The notes: a model not told the origin generated them from the letters alone. A DNA stretch of 64,000 nt from Moniliella sp. 'wahieum' (GCA_003971905.1 RSEE01000004.1:186001-250000), one strand, 5' to 3'; shown: positions 48,887 through 62,300, counted from the stretch's first letter. Made by a program: numbers and translations.

Positions 48887-50177
48887 CGGGGCGGAGGGAG
48901 AGCGATGGTCCCTAGATCCTCCCACAGGCCGTGGCGGGCGCCGATGAGAAGAAACCGAGCGTGTGCTGGATGCGGCGCTGGAAGATGGATGCCGCAGAGG
49001 CGGGGGGTGAGGGGGAGCTTGTTGAGCGCCTAGGGGGGTGTGAGCAAAAAAAAACACACACACACACACAAGTCAGTTGAATCGGGAGGGGGTCAAGGAC
49101 CAGAGCGCATCAGCGCTGGGTAGCAGCTGAAGGTGCAACGTACATGCAAGCCGGTCCGCATGCGTTCCAGGTGGTGGGCTAGGTGGCATGGGACTTGGGC
49201 GTGGGCGAAGAGGAGACGCGGGGCCGCTTGGTGTGGGGGCGGGGGGGGGCGGCCGAGGCGGGGCGACGGGCTGGGGCAGGGAGGGGGGCGGGGAGGCGGC
49301 TGACGCTGAGGGCGAGGACGTGGGGCGGCGGACGGATGCGATGGAAGCTGGGCAAGGGGGCCTCCATGGGGGGGGGTGAGGGGGTGGAAGAGGAGGAGAT
49401 GCGAGGTGCTGATGAGACGCAGCGGGTGAGGCTGGGTTAGATGGGGGCGGGCGAGGCTGCGCTGGTGCCTGATGCATGACAGGCAGCTGGGCCAGAGACA
49501 CGGGGTGGTGATCGCAGGCATCCACCGCATCCCACTGCGGCTGCTGGCTGCGATGGAGATCTGAGGGCGCTGGGCTGCAGAGGCACAGACGCGCTGCTGC
49601 TCGCCCATCACCCGCTGCTCAGGCTCAGTACTCAGTCTGAGTATCAGTGGCTCTGTGGCCATTTCCTTTCCGTAGCCAGGGCCCACCGCACCCAGAACAC
49701 CGTCGGCCGTCGGCGGCCCCGCTGCGACCGAATGGGGCAAGTGCTCAGCACGCCCTCCCGCTCGCAGGTCATGTGACCATGAGACAGCGACCAGCGACCC
49801 CCCCGGCCCGACGGTGACTGGCCCGCTGACATGGACATGTACATGTGACACATGTGACAAGCCAGGTGACTCTAGTGACTTGGGCCGGTGCGGTGCTGCA
49901 GCCTGGTTCCTGCTGCGGCTGTCAGCGGTCAGCGGTCACCGTCATCCAGCGCCGCTTTACCCCCCGCAGCCGGCATGCTTATGTCAGCGCCGCCGCCCCC
50001 CGCTCCACTGGGCTCGGCTGGAGGACTACTTGCCTCCCTGCAGGCCGCAGCTGGGCAGACGGCAGGGGGGCAGCGCCGCAGCGCACGCGAGCGCCTGGCA
50101 TATATATATCCGCCTCCTTTGCCTCCTCCTCCGCCTTCCTCCGCCTCTGCTCCACCCACCCTGCGCTCTCGATCGGC

Positions 50178-51716
50178 ATGCGCGCCCCGCCTCTGCACCC
50201 GCGCTGCTGGCGCTGTGCTGTCCTCGCCCCTGCCACCAGCCTCCTGCCCGCCCACGCGCTGGCCATCAACGCCTTCTCCGCCCTCTCCGCCCTCCCGCCC
50301 ACCTCCAGCTTGCGCCCGGCCAGGAGCCTCCGCTGCGGGTGTACAACCCATTCTCCCATCCCACCCTCACGCCTCCTCCCTCTGGCCCCGACCCCAACAC
50401 CAGCACGCCCCCCGCCTCCGACACCCCCGATAGCCCCTCTCCATTCCTTCCCCACCCAACACCCACCATTTCCTCCCCCGCCCCGCCTCCGCCCACAACG
50501 CCCACCCCCTCCGCCCCATCTTCGCCCGCCCCTTCGCCCACACCAGCCTCTGGGTCCCCCGATCTGTTCACCCCTCTTCAAGTCGCGATCTATCAAGCGG
50601 ATGTGCAGGTATGTTAGGTCGCCTATGGAATATGCCTTTCGAGGCCTCTTCCGCTTTTCCCAATGAGAATGCATACAGAGCTGATGATATCAACCCCTTT
50701 TCTACTCTTCTCCCACAGGTGGCGGCCTTTTACCTATGCCCTCAACACCTTCCCGGATGTGAACTGGTCTGGGCTGGCGTGGACGACACGGGTCTTGTTC
50801 AGCTCGGATGGATGGCCGAAACGTCCCAGGCACACCGTACCTTGCTCGCCAACCAGCTCAAGCAACTTGGTGGGCCTGTGCCGGCCGGCCGGCAACTACA
50901 CCTGGCAGTTCCAAACCGTTTCCGATTTTGTCGATTACATGATCATCAATCTCCAAAACGGGATCGGCGGCCTGCTCGGCTCGGTGCAGGCGGGCGGGAC
51001 GTGTGACGTGGGTCCTCTGGCGGCCACGATTGCGGCAGGAACGAACGGGTATGGTGCAGATTCTGCGCCAGTTTCGTGGGGTGGCCCAACCCTGTCGTCG
51101 TTCTCCCCTTCTTCCCCTCGATTACCACTGGGGGCCTTCGCGCGACATTGCTTCCTCTGCCCCGGGCAACCCAGCCCCGAATCTCCCCATTTACCTAGCT
51201 TGGTTGTCAGCAACATGCCAACCTACCATACTAGCCCCCCGGCCATCAACACTCTTGATTTTCCCAGTTCACTGTCCCCAACTCCACGTCATTGAGCTCT
51301 CCTGGCTTCCCGACTCGGTGCAGGGTACGTGTGACATGTCTCGTCGTTGTTGAACGTTGATGCACCTCAGTTTTGTTTTGCTCTGTTTTCTTCTGACCGG
51401 CGATTTGACTGTCTGGTCGTAGGTCCTTTCAAACGCCTCCTGGCACGTCCATCTCGGCGCCGACCCATGCCCTCTTCATTTCGCAATCGGTTGTGCTCAC
51501 TACATCTTCTGTCCGTCGATGTGACGAACAAAACGGCAACGGTGATTCAGCCGTTGGACCTCGAGGTGGCGATCAATCTGTTTCAACAACTGGTCCCAGC
51601 GGTGAACGGGACCATGTACATTGCCTTGGTGGCGATGATTCATGCTACTCGCCGTACAACTTGACTTTGGTCGGTGGCTCGACGTTTGCCGGACCGACTG
51701 CCTACCGGCTGGGTAG
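50178..51716 (+). CDS. Secreted Rds1-like (ferritin-like fold) protein with a Pro/Thr-rich linker; introns
   Basis: Signal-like N-terminus, P/T/S linker, AAFYTYALNTF...AHRTLLANQL...GNYTWQFQTVSDFV...GIGGLLGS, C-terminal VNGTMYIALV...FAGPT typical of Rds1-family ends. Confidence 0.55.
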
Positions 51717-52224
51717 ACGACGGAACGGATCTGGTCACCTCGATCCTGCTTCGTCCCACAACACCTTCCCACATATTTCCTAAGCCCGTTTTTTTCCGTA
51801 CCGCTATGTACCGTTTTTCATCGCCCCCCGTCCATCCTTTCCCGTCCCGCCGGCCTGGGATCCGCTCCCTGCCCCTCCCCTGCGCCTCATGTGCCTGCAC
51901 TCGAAATGTGGGGATGGACCTGATGGTGGACCCGCATCCAGGCCCAGGTTACTTTTGGGCAATCCTCGTTAGAAAGGTAGTAATGCCACTCTCCATGGCG
52001 GTTTTGTTTTTATTGGCTTGATTGAATAGCTACGTTACTTGAGACCTTTCTTTGGAACCTCCTCCTTTGCCTGCCCCTCCGTCCGTGGGGGGCGTACGGA
52101 TGCACCGCGCCACCCACCCACTGATCTTTCCTTCTCTCCGCTTGGTCTCGTTTGGGCAGAGAGAAACCAAGGAGAGAGGGGAGGGCGCGGAGGCATAGGC
52201 ATTTCCCATGCATCCACCCACGGG

Positions 52225-52260
52225 AAGAGAGAGAGATAGAGATAGAGATAGAGAGATAGA
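52225..52260. repeat. (GA)/(GAGATA)n microsatellite
   Basis: gagagagatagagatagagatagagagataga directly beyond the stop of the adjacent minus-strand gene. Confidence 0.85.
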
Positions 52261-55055
52261 TTACTTGTCGTCCGTATGCGTCTTTTGCTGGATCACCACC
52301 CTAGTGCGTTTGAGTGTCTGTCAGCTTCTTCTCCAGCGGCCCCGCCGAGTCGGGCAGATTGCCCATCCGGTCCAGCGGTACAGGCTGGGCGGAACCAAAG
52401 CGAGTCAGTCAGTCAGTCACAACAAATGGTACAGGGAGGCTAGTTGCAGGGGGGGGAGGCACATACAGGCAGGACCAACAGACTCTTGCGTGGCTGGCCC
52501 GCAGCCCCCCGATCGCGTGCTTGGTGGTGGTGTGCTGGTGGTGCGGGGCTGGCTGCAGCGGTACGGCAGCTGTCCCAGATCCGTCCCCGCACCCCAAACA
52601 ACTCTGGCGCCCAGTGCACCGCCTTGACTTGCCCCGTCTCAGGGTGAGCGGGCACCGACTTTCCCCTGCGCCCCGACGGAGCCGACGCCGGCGCTCCCCA
52701 CCTCATCCTCGCACCACTGTGCCGCCTGTCGATCGGGCGCCGAGTCGACCCAGCCTCGACCTCAGTCTCGACCTCAGTCTCGGTTCGGTCTCGGTCTCGG
52801 TCTCGGGCTCCGTCTCCGCCTCCGCCTCCAGGTCCGACACGGGAAAGAGCAGCAGGACCCAGCGTCTGTGCCTCGGGTTGGGCAGCGGCTTGGTCCTGGC
52901 TCGCGCATCCAAGCGCGGGACGGTGGCCGAGGACGATGGCAGCCGGTCTCGGTCCAAGGCCACTGCCACCGGACGAAACTCGAGGTGCACAGCCACCTTC
53001 TCGTTGCGACGCTTGTTGGCATTGGTGAGGCGGAGGAGCTCGGTAGTGGTCAGGGGAAGCAAGCCCCTGCGCACGCCCTTGGACCGCACATGGGAAGCAG
53101 ACGCTGGCTGGCCTTGGTACTGCGGTGACTTTGGCCCCGCGTTCCCACCCCCCCCGTCTAGGCCCACTGCGAATTCGCACGGCCCGGACGGGACGCGAAC
53201 AGGCTCCTGTCTCCCCGGCTGCCGCGGTGTGTCCAGCCCCCTCGCATCGTTGGACCGAAGGCTGGGCGAGGCAGAGGCCGAGTGGGGTACCGGTTTCTTT
53301 CTTTGCCTTCTTTTCCTTTGCCCTCGTGGCCAGTTTTTTCCATGCGTTCCGTATCACTGGGCCCGATCGAGGAGACTCCGAGGCAGGAAGGAGGACATGG
53401 AGGAGGCCATGGAACACACCGCGCCAGACGTAGGCCGGCCAAGCCTGGTCCAGCCAGACCAAGACCAAGGGGAGCAGCGTCCTTCGCTCCGGTTTCCAAG
53501 GTTGCCTTGGCTGCTTGTTCAGCCTGCCATTTCAGCCCGGCCACACGGATGATCGTCTTGCCCGATCCACAACCGCTTTCCGAGGTGGATGCAAGGAGGG
53601 AAAGCGTGTGCACCTTGATCGGCATTGTGCGTGACTGCGAGACGGGACCTTGGGCCTGCGGCGTGCTGGATGAGGCCCGGAGGGACGAAGAAAGGTGGCC
53701 ACGTTGGGCGCGCCGCGAAGCGAGTGATAGATGGGCACGGGCGCGCTGGGTACGCCGGCGAAGCGAATTGCTGGAACGCAGTGCCTCTGCCTCGCTTGAC
53801 GCTGGCGATTGAGCTCTTGGTTCGGGGGGAGGGGAAACGGCGTTGCTTGGGGCCAGTCCGGCCAGTAGCGGAGAATCAGAAGAACGGCCATCTTGCCACT
53901 CAGCTTCCGACTCAGTCGGGCTGGGACGGAGCGGACTCGTCACTTGGCAGGTCTTTTGGCGACGAGCACACAGGTCCGGCGCCGGATATCTCCTGCTGAT
54001 CTTGGGGGGGACAGGAAGAGGGGTCAATGGGGGCCAGCGCAGGCGTACGAGGAATTGGAATTTGCTTCCTCCATCGAAACGAGCGACATAGGGTTCTCGG
54101 TTGATACCTCCCCGGGGCTCTGGGATGCTGGTTCCAACGACTTTGACAAGGCTCCCTCTGCAGAGGTGAAGTGGCACGTCTCCAATGGAGACCAAGGAAC
54201 AGCGCAAGACTGCCAACCGGGTGGATTCCTCCTCATCCTCGTTGGTCATCAGCACGGCTTCATCCGCGCCCATCTCTACGGGGCTTGGCACCGGAGGGGT
54301 CGCTACTGTGATTGGCTCAGGGCTGGGAATGACACCGGCTCTACTAGAGCCGCACGTGCACCCGCTGAGGATGAGTCTACCCGCCCTGTCTGGGCAGTGG
54401 AAGCATGAGCTTCTTGGCCTCGGGCATGGGACGTGCGCGCGACCGAACGGGTGGGGCAGACTTGCTTGGTACCACGCTGGGTTCAGTGGGGTTGCGCAGT
54501 CCGGTCGCTGGTTTGGGCCGGGGCAGACGACTGCTACCCGGTTCCACTGGAGGCAGCGAAGTGGAAATGCAAACGGTTTGGGTTGCCATCCTGCTCGGTT
54601 CTGCCCCTGCGCCTGGTCTCGCCAAAGAAGCTGAGCCAACGGGGGCGGCCGAACCACGGTACTCATGCGACGGAGCCCTAGGCCAGCGGGGCGGATGGGG
54701 CCTAAGTTGACGACGCAGGCAGCGGGGTCGGGCGGGAGGCGAGAGATGATTTGGTGGACAGAGTTCCGGTGGCGGGGGGAGATCCGGCATTGAGATGGAC
54801 CGCGGGGGCGCTGGGCGCCGGTGCAGTGGCTGCGGGGCGGGGGAGATTGAGAGCTGGGCTAGAGCGGCGGAGAACAGTAGTAGAGAGGGCAGGCACCCTT
54901 GAGTTGGGTACCGACGCCGAGGAAGAACGCATGGTGGGCCTGCTGCTGCGCGCTGCCGCACTGCTACCCGTGGATTGGAGGGAAGGCAGTGCCGAATCGT
55001 GGGCGGACGCATGAGAAGGTGTTGGCGGGGGTCGGGCCGGGAGGGTAGGGGCCAT
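52261..55055 (-). CDS. Large, mostly disordered hypothetical protein; frameshifted
   Basis: Continuous Pro/Ser-rich ORF segments with conserved-looking C-terminal blocks ELLRLTNANKRRN, VKAVHW and LDRMGNL; stop at 52261-52263. Confidence 0.5.
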
Positions 55056-56135
55056 GCGCGTGGCACCGGTGGCAGGGGTAGGGGTTGGGGCGGGCTGAGC
55101 GCTGAGTAGACGAGCAAGGGCCAGTCGAGTGCCCGCGGCCAGCTTAGACCGCGGCGCAGGCAACGCAGATGGTGCGAGCGGGCTGAGGATGGGGCGGATG
55201 CTGCGAGCAGAGGCGGAGCAGCAGCAGCAGCAGGTGGTGCTGCGCTCGCTTTGCGGCTGGTCTGGAGGCGGCTGTGGCTGGGCAGTTAGTTAGCTGCTGA
55301 TTGGCTGGCTGATTAAGATGGGCTGGCCCATTCAGCCAGCCAGTGCCTGCGCCGTGCTATCTGTGTTGCATGTGATGCATGCGATCACGAGCACTCAGCA
55401 GACCACGTGCCTGGCCCCTAATTTTAATTGCCTTATCGCCCCGTCTGGCCTCCAAGGCAACGCGGCTCGTTTCGACGCTTGCTTCTCCCAAGCCGCGACC
55501 GAGTCGAGCCTTCCTCAACTGCACTGGTACCCCGTTGGCTCTGCCACTGGGGTGATACCATGGGGGTGGATGCTTGTTTTGGAGGCCCCTTCAGGAACCT
55601 CACCCTTCCCCTGCCAGTGCAACCACTAATTCGACGGGAATGCAGACCGGGCGGCTAGTTCCGTGCCTTGGCCCGCTGGGTATGAGAGAGGAACGGAGCA
55701 GGCTCTGGGACTTCAGTCATGCACGGAGTCGGCCTGAGTAGGGCATAGGGGTTTTGTCGGCACTGAAGCCCATGATGCATAATGGACAATCGAGGCTCAC
55801 ATGTAACTACGCGTAAATATGTTCCCTTTGGTCTCTCCTTTCCATGTAATCGATCTTCCCACGAGCAGGCACCCATTAAAAGGCGAGGACATATATATAA
55901 GTACCCACACCCTTGGTCTATGGGCACCCCGGACGTAAATGCGTCTTGTTCAAAGATTCAAGCTACGCAGCTTTCCGCGCACAAGCAGACGGCTTTGGGA
56001 ATCACGATCGCGATGTCAGGTTGAGTGTAGTTCACATTGGGACACCATAACCAATAACCGCAGAGGCAGGAAAAGACAGCATCGACGGACCGTATCAAGA
56101 AACGGTAAAGCATGGATAGATGGCGGCAAAAACCA

Positions 56136-57977
56136 TCATTGGCGTTGGACCAGGGGAGTATGCTCATCATGATCCATCCCCTGGATCTCAAGCTCCGATG
56201 GGGGTATCGGCGAAGTCTGCATTGCCATCGTCGATGCAGTGGTGGGATCAGCAAGTGGGATGTAGGCCTCAGCTGCGGTAGCAGGCGTGTAGGCATAGGA
56301 TAGGAATATGATGTTCTCCCGGGGGGTACGTGTATCCCCCAGACACGGTGGAAGTGCGTCCGTCTGACGGGTAGAATGTAGTGTAGTCTGAAGCAGGAGC
56401 TGTGCTGTTGCCTACAGCAGAGGAAGCGGCGGCTGCCTCGGCCGCCTCTCGCGCCCGCTGCTCTTGAAGCTCAGGCGGGTCCAGGTGAGAATAGTCCGGG
56501 TAATGCAACGGGTCACTCGTCGCGTCTGGAGCGGATGCGTCAGCCCCCGTAGATGTACGATGGCCCAAATTTCTTCCGCCCCCAGCGGCCCCATCAACAT
56601 CGTTGTCGATATCATGGTCCGTGTAGAGGTCAGCCAGGGCAGCAGTGTGCATTTCGTGTGCGCCCTCGCCCCCAAGGGATCAAACGAAGGCCAGTGCCCA
56701 CCCGCTTCTTCATTAAACGGGTCCATCCGATCCCCAGACTTTGGTCGATTTCCAAAACACATAAAGTACGCTGACCCCGTCCGGGCCTTACGGCGACGGA
56801 GGAGGCAAGCCAGTAGCAAAAGGAGTGTCAAAGCCGCTACGCCACCAACCACCCCCCCCACCCACCGCCCTCCAACCACACCACCACTTGTCCCTCCATC
56901 ATGGTGCGATGAGGCCAAGCCGCCCGGACTACCGGTTTGAGTAACCATCACGACAGTAGTACCGGTGACGGGGATCAAGGAGCCGTCGCTGTTCGTACTT
57001 GTTGAGGTGAATAAGCTGAGAAAACTGGAAGTACGAGTCGAAGGTGAGGCATTACTAGCGCTCGAGCTGATCGTGGGTGAGGTTGACGAAGAAGTTGGGC
57101 CATCGGAGCTAGTGCTCTCTTTATTCGAGCTCGAGCTGATGCTTTGCTGTGTTGAAGTTGGGTCGTGCTCGGGACCTGGGAGGACGAATGCGTGAACGGT
57201 TGGGTGGATGAGGCTTGACTGGACGATTGCACCGAAGGCTGGGTCGAAGACTGTTGAGTTGAGGACTGGGTAGAAGCCTGAGTTGAGGGAGAGGTTGAGG
57301 GGGAGATGGAAGGAGAGGCGGAAGGAGAGGTGGAAGGCGAGGTAGAAGGAGAGGTAGAAGGAGAGGTGGAGGGAGAGGTAGAAGGAGAGGTGGAAGGAGA
57401 GGTAGAAGGAGAGGTGGAAGGTGAAGTGGAAGGCGATGTAGAAGGAGAGACGGAATCAGGCGTGGAAGGAGAAGTGGACGGTATGGTTGAGGGTGGGACT
57501 GAAGGTGAAGTTGATGGGGTCGAAGATGTATCATCGGGCGTAGTGGAGGGGGAAGGAGTATTAGACACAGAATGATCGGCCGAAGAAGGATGGTCCGTAC
57601 TGGGGGTATGGGTAGACGTGGGATCGGGGGCAGGCTCGCTGTTGACGGAGGCGTTTTTTGTGTTTTTCACCTCCGCTTGGAGACACTGGCTGGCTGTGGG
57701 TGTCGTCTCCACTACCAGATGAACTGGCCTGCCGAGCAAAGTTGGAAGCTGAAGTGTGCGCCTGCGCCTCTGCCCCTCGAACTACATTTGGGCGTGAGGT
57801 GGGAACTGTGCACACCGAGAGGATCGTCAGCCGCTAAGCCCATAGGACTTCACTATAGTCTCATCGTGTCATGGAGAGCCCAAAAGATTGGGGGGCACTA
57901 TAATGGGGTGAGGGAGACGAACACGTACACAGTGGGGCGGCACGCGCAGCAGGGAGTAGCTGATTGGCACTGCGCAT
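56136..57977 (-). CDS. Ser/Thr-rich single-pass membrane protein (Mid2/Wsc/mucin-like cell-surface sensor)
   Basis: (STSP)n ectodomain, TM VGGVVGGVAALTLLLLLACLL followed by RRRK, then a cytoplasmic tail. The start is uncertain. Confidence 0.7.
57305..57450. repeat. 12-bp coding tandem repeat (STSP)n
   Basis: About 10 degenerate copies of GGAAGGAGAGGT/AGAAGGAGAGGT. Confidence 0.9.
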
Positions 57978-58592
57978 GGCGAAAGGACCTGCGAACAGCA
58001 GAAGGAGAGCAGGTGGTGGTAGTAGTACGACAGAGATGCAAGACAAGACAAGGCATTGTGTGGCGGCGGTGGCGGCGGTGGCGGATGTGGGAGTTGTGCC
58101 GCACGCCACATATCGATGATCGATGACCGTCTCCTGAGTAACCTAACAAAGCATATATATCCGTCGTGCAGGCCGTCGAGGTGTCTCAATGCCACCCACC
58201 GATACCCGATATGCCCTCTATTCTCGATTCTCTTTCCGCTCCACCCGCCCACCAGCTGTCTGATCCCCGTTTGAGAGCTGAATAAGTTGCTCACATTGGT
58301 ACAGCTCCTTCTTCAAGCTTCACCAGTGACTATGTTCATCCCTCTCGCCTTGGCCACGGAGAGAGAGCACATACGGAAGGCAGAAGACTATATATGTCTC
58401 TTCTCGATCGGAGTCGCGTTTTATAAATCTCGCGTTGTCTCGAGTCGTTTCGTCAGGCCGCCTCAGGTTCATTTTCCCATCGCTCTCGCAACAATTCCCA
58501 CTGACTGTGCTGCGGCGGGAGATATGTGGATCCCATCATTGTGGCCTGTACTGTAGACGAGAGGATACCCGTCCGAATGTACACTTCCATTT

Positions 58593-58683
58593 GGGTTCGT
58601 GGTGTAGTGGTATCATGCCTCTTTAGGGTGCTGTTCTTTAGCACGCGTAGAGGTGGTCCTCGGTTCGATCCCGGGCGGACCCC
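58593..58683 (+). tRNA. tRNA-Pro(AGG) with a 19-nt canonical intron (58629-58647)
   Basis: Acceptor GGGTTCG/CGGACCC; D arm TGGTGTAGTGGTATCAT; anticodon stem CCTCT/AGAGG with AGG at 58625-58627; T loop GGTTCGATCC; Pol III terminator TTTTT at 58684-58688. Confidence 0.95.
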
Positions 58684-59345
58684 TTTTTCCTCTTTCTTTT
58701 TCTATTGGCCTAGGAAGTACCAAGTCACTGGGCCAATTGCGAATGCTGAGGCGCTGAGGGCGCGGGAGACGGGGGCGAAGAGGGCGGGATGTGTATAGAA
58801 GAGCTGACCACGGTGGCAAGAGATCGCACAGAGAGCATGGGGCTGTGCAGCGTGTTGGGTGTGCTGATTTGGTGATGGCGATGATGATGGGCGATGCACA
58901 CGTGACATGTGACAGGTGACATGTGGGATGGGGGTGGATGACCGATCGGATTGGTGAGATGGCGATGGGGTGGCATGCAACAGGCATGACATGCATGACA
59001 TGGGTGAGTGGGTATGACATCAGCTGGCTTAGAAACAGCGCCGGGGGGGCACCGGGGCAGAGGAAGGCGAGCCACTGGCCCAGCTGCGCACAGCTGCCCC
59101 TGGGGGTGCTGTGTGCTGGTGCGGCTGTGTGCTGCTGTGTGCTGCCTGTGGCCCGCTGCTCGCAAGACGAGGCTGCGAAAGGCTTGGCGAGCGAAGCCAT
59201 GGGGCCCATCAGCCATCGCCCCCTCACCGGTCCCTGCCCAGCATCGCGTGTCTGTGTGTGTCGGTGCGTCTGCCCTGCGCATGGCCTCGCCTCGTCTCCT
59301 TCCCCCCCACCTTCCTTCCACCGTCTTCCCACCACCCCACCCCCC

Positions 59346-62300
59346 ATGCGTCCAATGGGGCCCCCCGCGCCCCCCCCCACGCCTCCTCCTCCCCCTCCTT
59401 ACCCCACCCGCCCCCGCCCTCCGCTGCTGGCCGCGTCCTCTACCCCCTCAAGGCCACCTACAATCGCCTTGCCGCTTCTCTCGCGCCCCACATCCATCTT
59501 CGCCCTTCGCTCTGCCTCCCAGTCGGAACTGCCTGTGCACAGCGATGACGCCGCGCCCCTGTCGCCTTCCCGCTCTGCCGATGCCGACGCTGACGCTGAC
59601 GATGCGCCAGCGTTCCGCCTCCCAACCCGACTGTCTTCAGCCATCTGACCAAACACGACACGTTGGAACGCCTCGGCGTCCGGAGCGATGTTGGCGCGGC
59701 TCGGGAGGAACGAAGGATACGTCGGTGGATGCGGACAAGGAAGGAGTGCGCTTTGCCTACCTTCAGCATGGTCTCGGTCCGAGGAGGTGGAGAACGGCGT
59801 GAGCAGAGCGGCCGTAACGCATTTACGGAGCACGAGCCCGAGTCGCCGCTTGACAAGCTTCTGGAAGAACTGGGCGATCCAATGATCCTCCTTCTACTCA
59901 CCTCGGCTGCGATCAGTTTTCAATTGGACAAAAGGACGATGCGGTGAGCATTACCTCGCCATCGCGATGTCGTGACAGTCGGGTGGGTGCAAGAACAGCG
60001 TTCGGAAAAGTCGCTGGAACGCTCAACAGTCTCGTTCCCAATTTTTGCCATCTCATTCGTCTGCCCCGCCCTCCTCGCCGTCGGCCTCGGATGCAGCCTC
60101 TGCCCGATCGCAAAGCAGCAACGCTCCCAACCCTGCTAGTACCAGCGCTCCAACCGAAGATACGTCTTCCACGTTGGACCAAGACTCGGAATCGGATTCG
60201 CTCGAACCAAAGTTCTTGCTGATGAGCTCGTTCCGGGCGATGTGGTGACGTTCTCGACGGGCGACCGCATCCCGGCCGACATTCGTCTGTTCCAATCCGT
60301 CCAATTGGAGGTGGACGAGTCGACGCTTACGGGGGAAACCAAGCCACGCAAAAGTCGACCAAAGTGGTGGCTCGTTGGCCCCTGGACGAGGTGGACAAGC
60401 GCATCGCTCAGCACATGGACAGGACGGCGCAGCATCAAACTGCGGACAATGAAGACGACCAGCCTCAGCAACAGGAAGAGCAGCCCGAAGACAGTCCAAG
60501 GACAACATTGTTTTTATGGGCACGATGGTCAAGTCTGGCTATGGCCGTGGTGTGGTGGTTGGTACCGGGCTTAACACAGAGTTTGGCAACGTCTTTAGCA
60601 TGGTGGACGATGTTGCAGAGAAGCGGACGCCGCTGCAGCACAGCATGGACGACCTGGCCAAGAAGCTGACGCTTGTCAGCTTTGTGGTGATTGCCATCAT
60701 CTTTATCGTCGGAACGTTCCAACACCGCTCCCTGCTTGAACTGGCGACCATTGCTATCTCACTTGCGGTTGGCGCATCCCCGAGGGCTTGCCCATTGTGG
60801 TCACTGTCACCCTCGCATTGGGTGTGCTGCGAATGAGCCGCGGAACGCGATTGTCAAACGCCTTCCCTCTGTGGAGACGCTCGGGAGCGTTTCGGTGATC
60901 TGCACTGATAAGACGGGTACCTTGACGGAGAACCACATGACGGTCATCAAGCTCTACACGCTTCAAGACGGGGTGGTCGACGTGGATCGGGACAAAACAA
61001 AGAAGCCCAGCAATGCTGCACAGGGCAAGGAGACCCAATCTCCGGCCATGGCAGGCTCACTCTTGGTGGGCAACGTGTGCAACCGTGCCGTGCTCGACCA
61101 TGATGGCCAATTGACTGGTTCCCCTACCGAGGGTGGCGATGATCGACGTGCTGGGTGCGTATGGCTGGTCGATCGCCGCCGTTCGTTCGATCAGACGGAT
61201 GAGGTGCCATTTGACACGAACTGGAAGTACATGACCGTTGTCGGCCAGTTCGAAGGGGCCGGAGTGTCCGAGGCAGAGAAGGAAGTGAGAGGGTACACCA
61301 AGGGAGCCCCAGAAGCTGTCTTGGCCCGCTGCAGCCACGCGATTGACAAGACGGGCAAGACAGTGCCCATTACCGATGCCTTTACGCAAGAGATCCAAGA
61401 CACGCTCAACAAGCTCGCGTCGGAAGGCCTCCGGGTTCTGGCAACTGCGACGGGCCCCGCACTGAGCAAGGAGGACCACGACGCTGGGCCCGAGAAGGTG
61501 CGCAAAACGCTTACGTTCTGTGGCCTTCATGCGCTGCAAGATCCACCGCGCAAGGGGGTGAAGCCGGCAATTGAGGAGCTTTCCCACTCGGGTGTTCACA
61601 TTGTTATGGTCACTGGCGACTCTCCTTCAACCGCAGTGGGCATTGCCAAGCAGCTTGGCATTCTGCACCAGTCGGCCTCGGCTCCCTCAAGTTCTGGTGC
61701 CGGTAGTTCCGTGGGATCGAGGGGTGATGACCGGGGCGCAGGTGGACCAGATGTCCGCCCGCCGGCTGAGGGAGGTGGCACCATCGATCAGTGTCTTTGC
61801 CCGCACCACTCCCCGGCACAAGATGGCCATTGTCTCGGCTTTCCAAGAGGCTGGGCAAGTGGTGGCGATGACGGGAGACGGTGTGAATGATGCGCCTGCG
61901 CTCAAGATGGCCGATATTGGGATTGCGATGGGGGCGAGCGGGACGGATGTAGCCAAGGAGGCGGCGGACGTGATTTTGGTCGACGACAACTTTGTCACCA
62001 TTCTCAATGCCGTCGAAGAGGGCAAGGCCATCTTTGGCAACATTCAGAACTTCCTTGCTTTCCAGCTTTCCACCTCGATCGCCGCGCTTTTCCTCATCCT
62101 CATGTCCATCATGTTCGGTATGGCCTTGCCGCTCAATGCGATGCAAGTTCTTTTGATCAATCTCGCCTGCGATGGTCCGCCCGCCAGTCCTCGGTGTCGA
62201 TCCCGCCGACGCATCGTCTTTCGCAAGCCGCCCCGGCCCAAGAACAAGCCTGTGCTCGACAAGCGTGTCTTCTTTGACATTCTCTTTTCCTCTGCCATAT

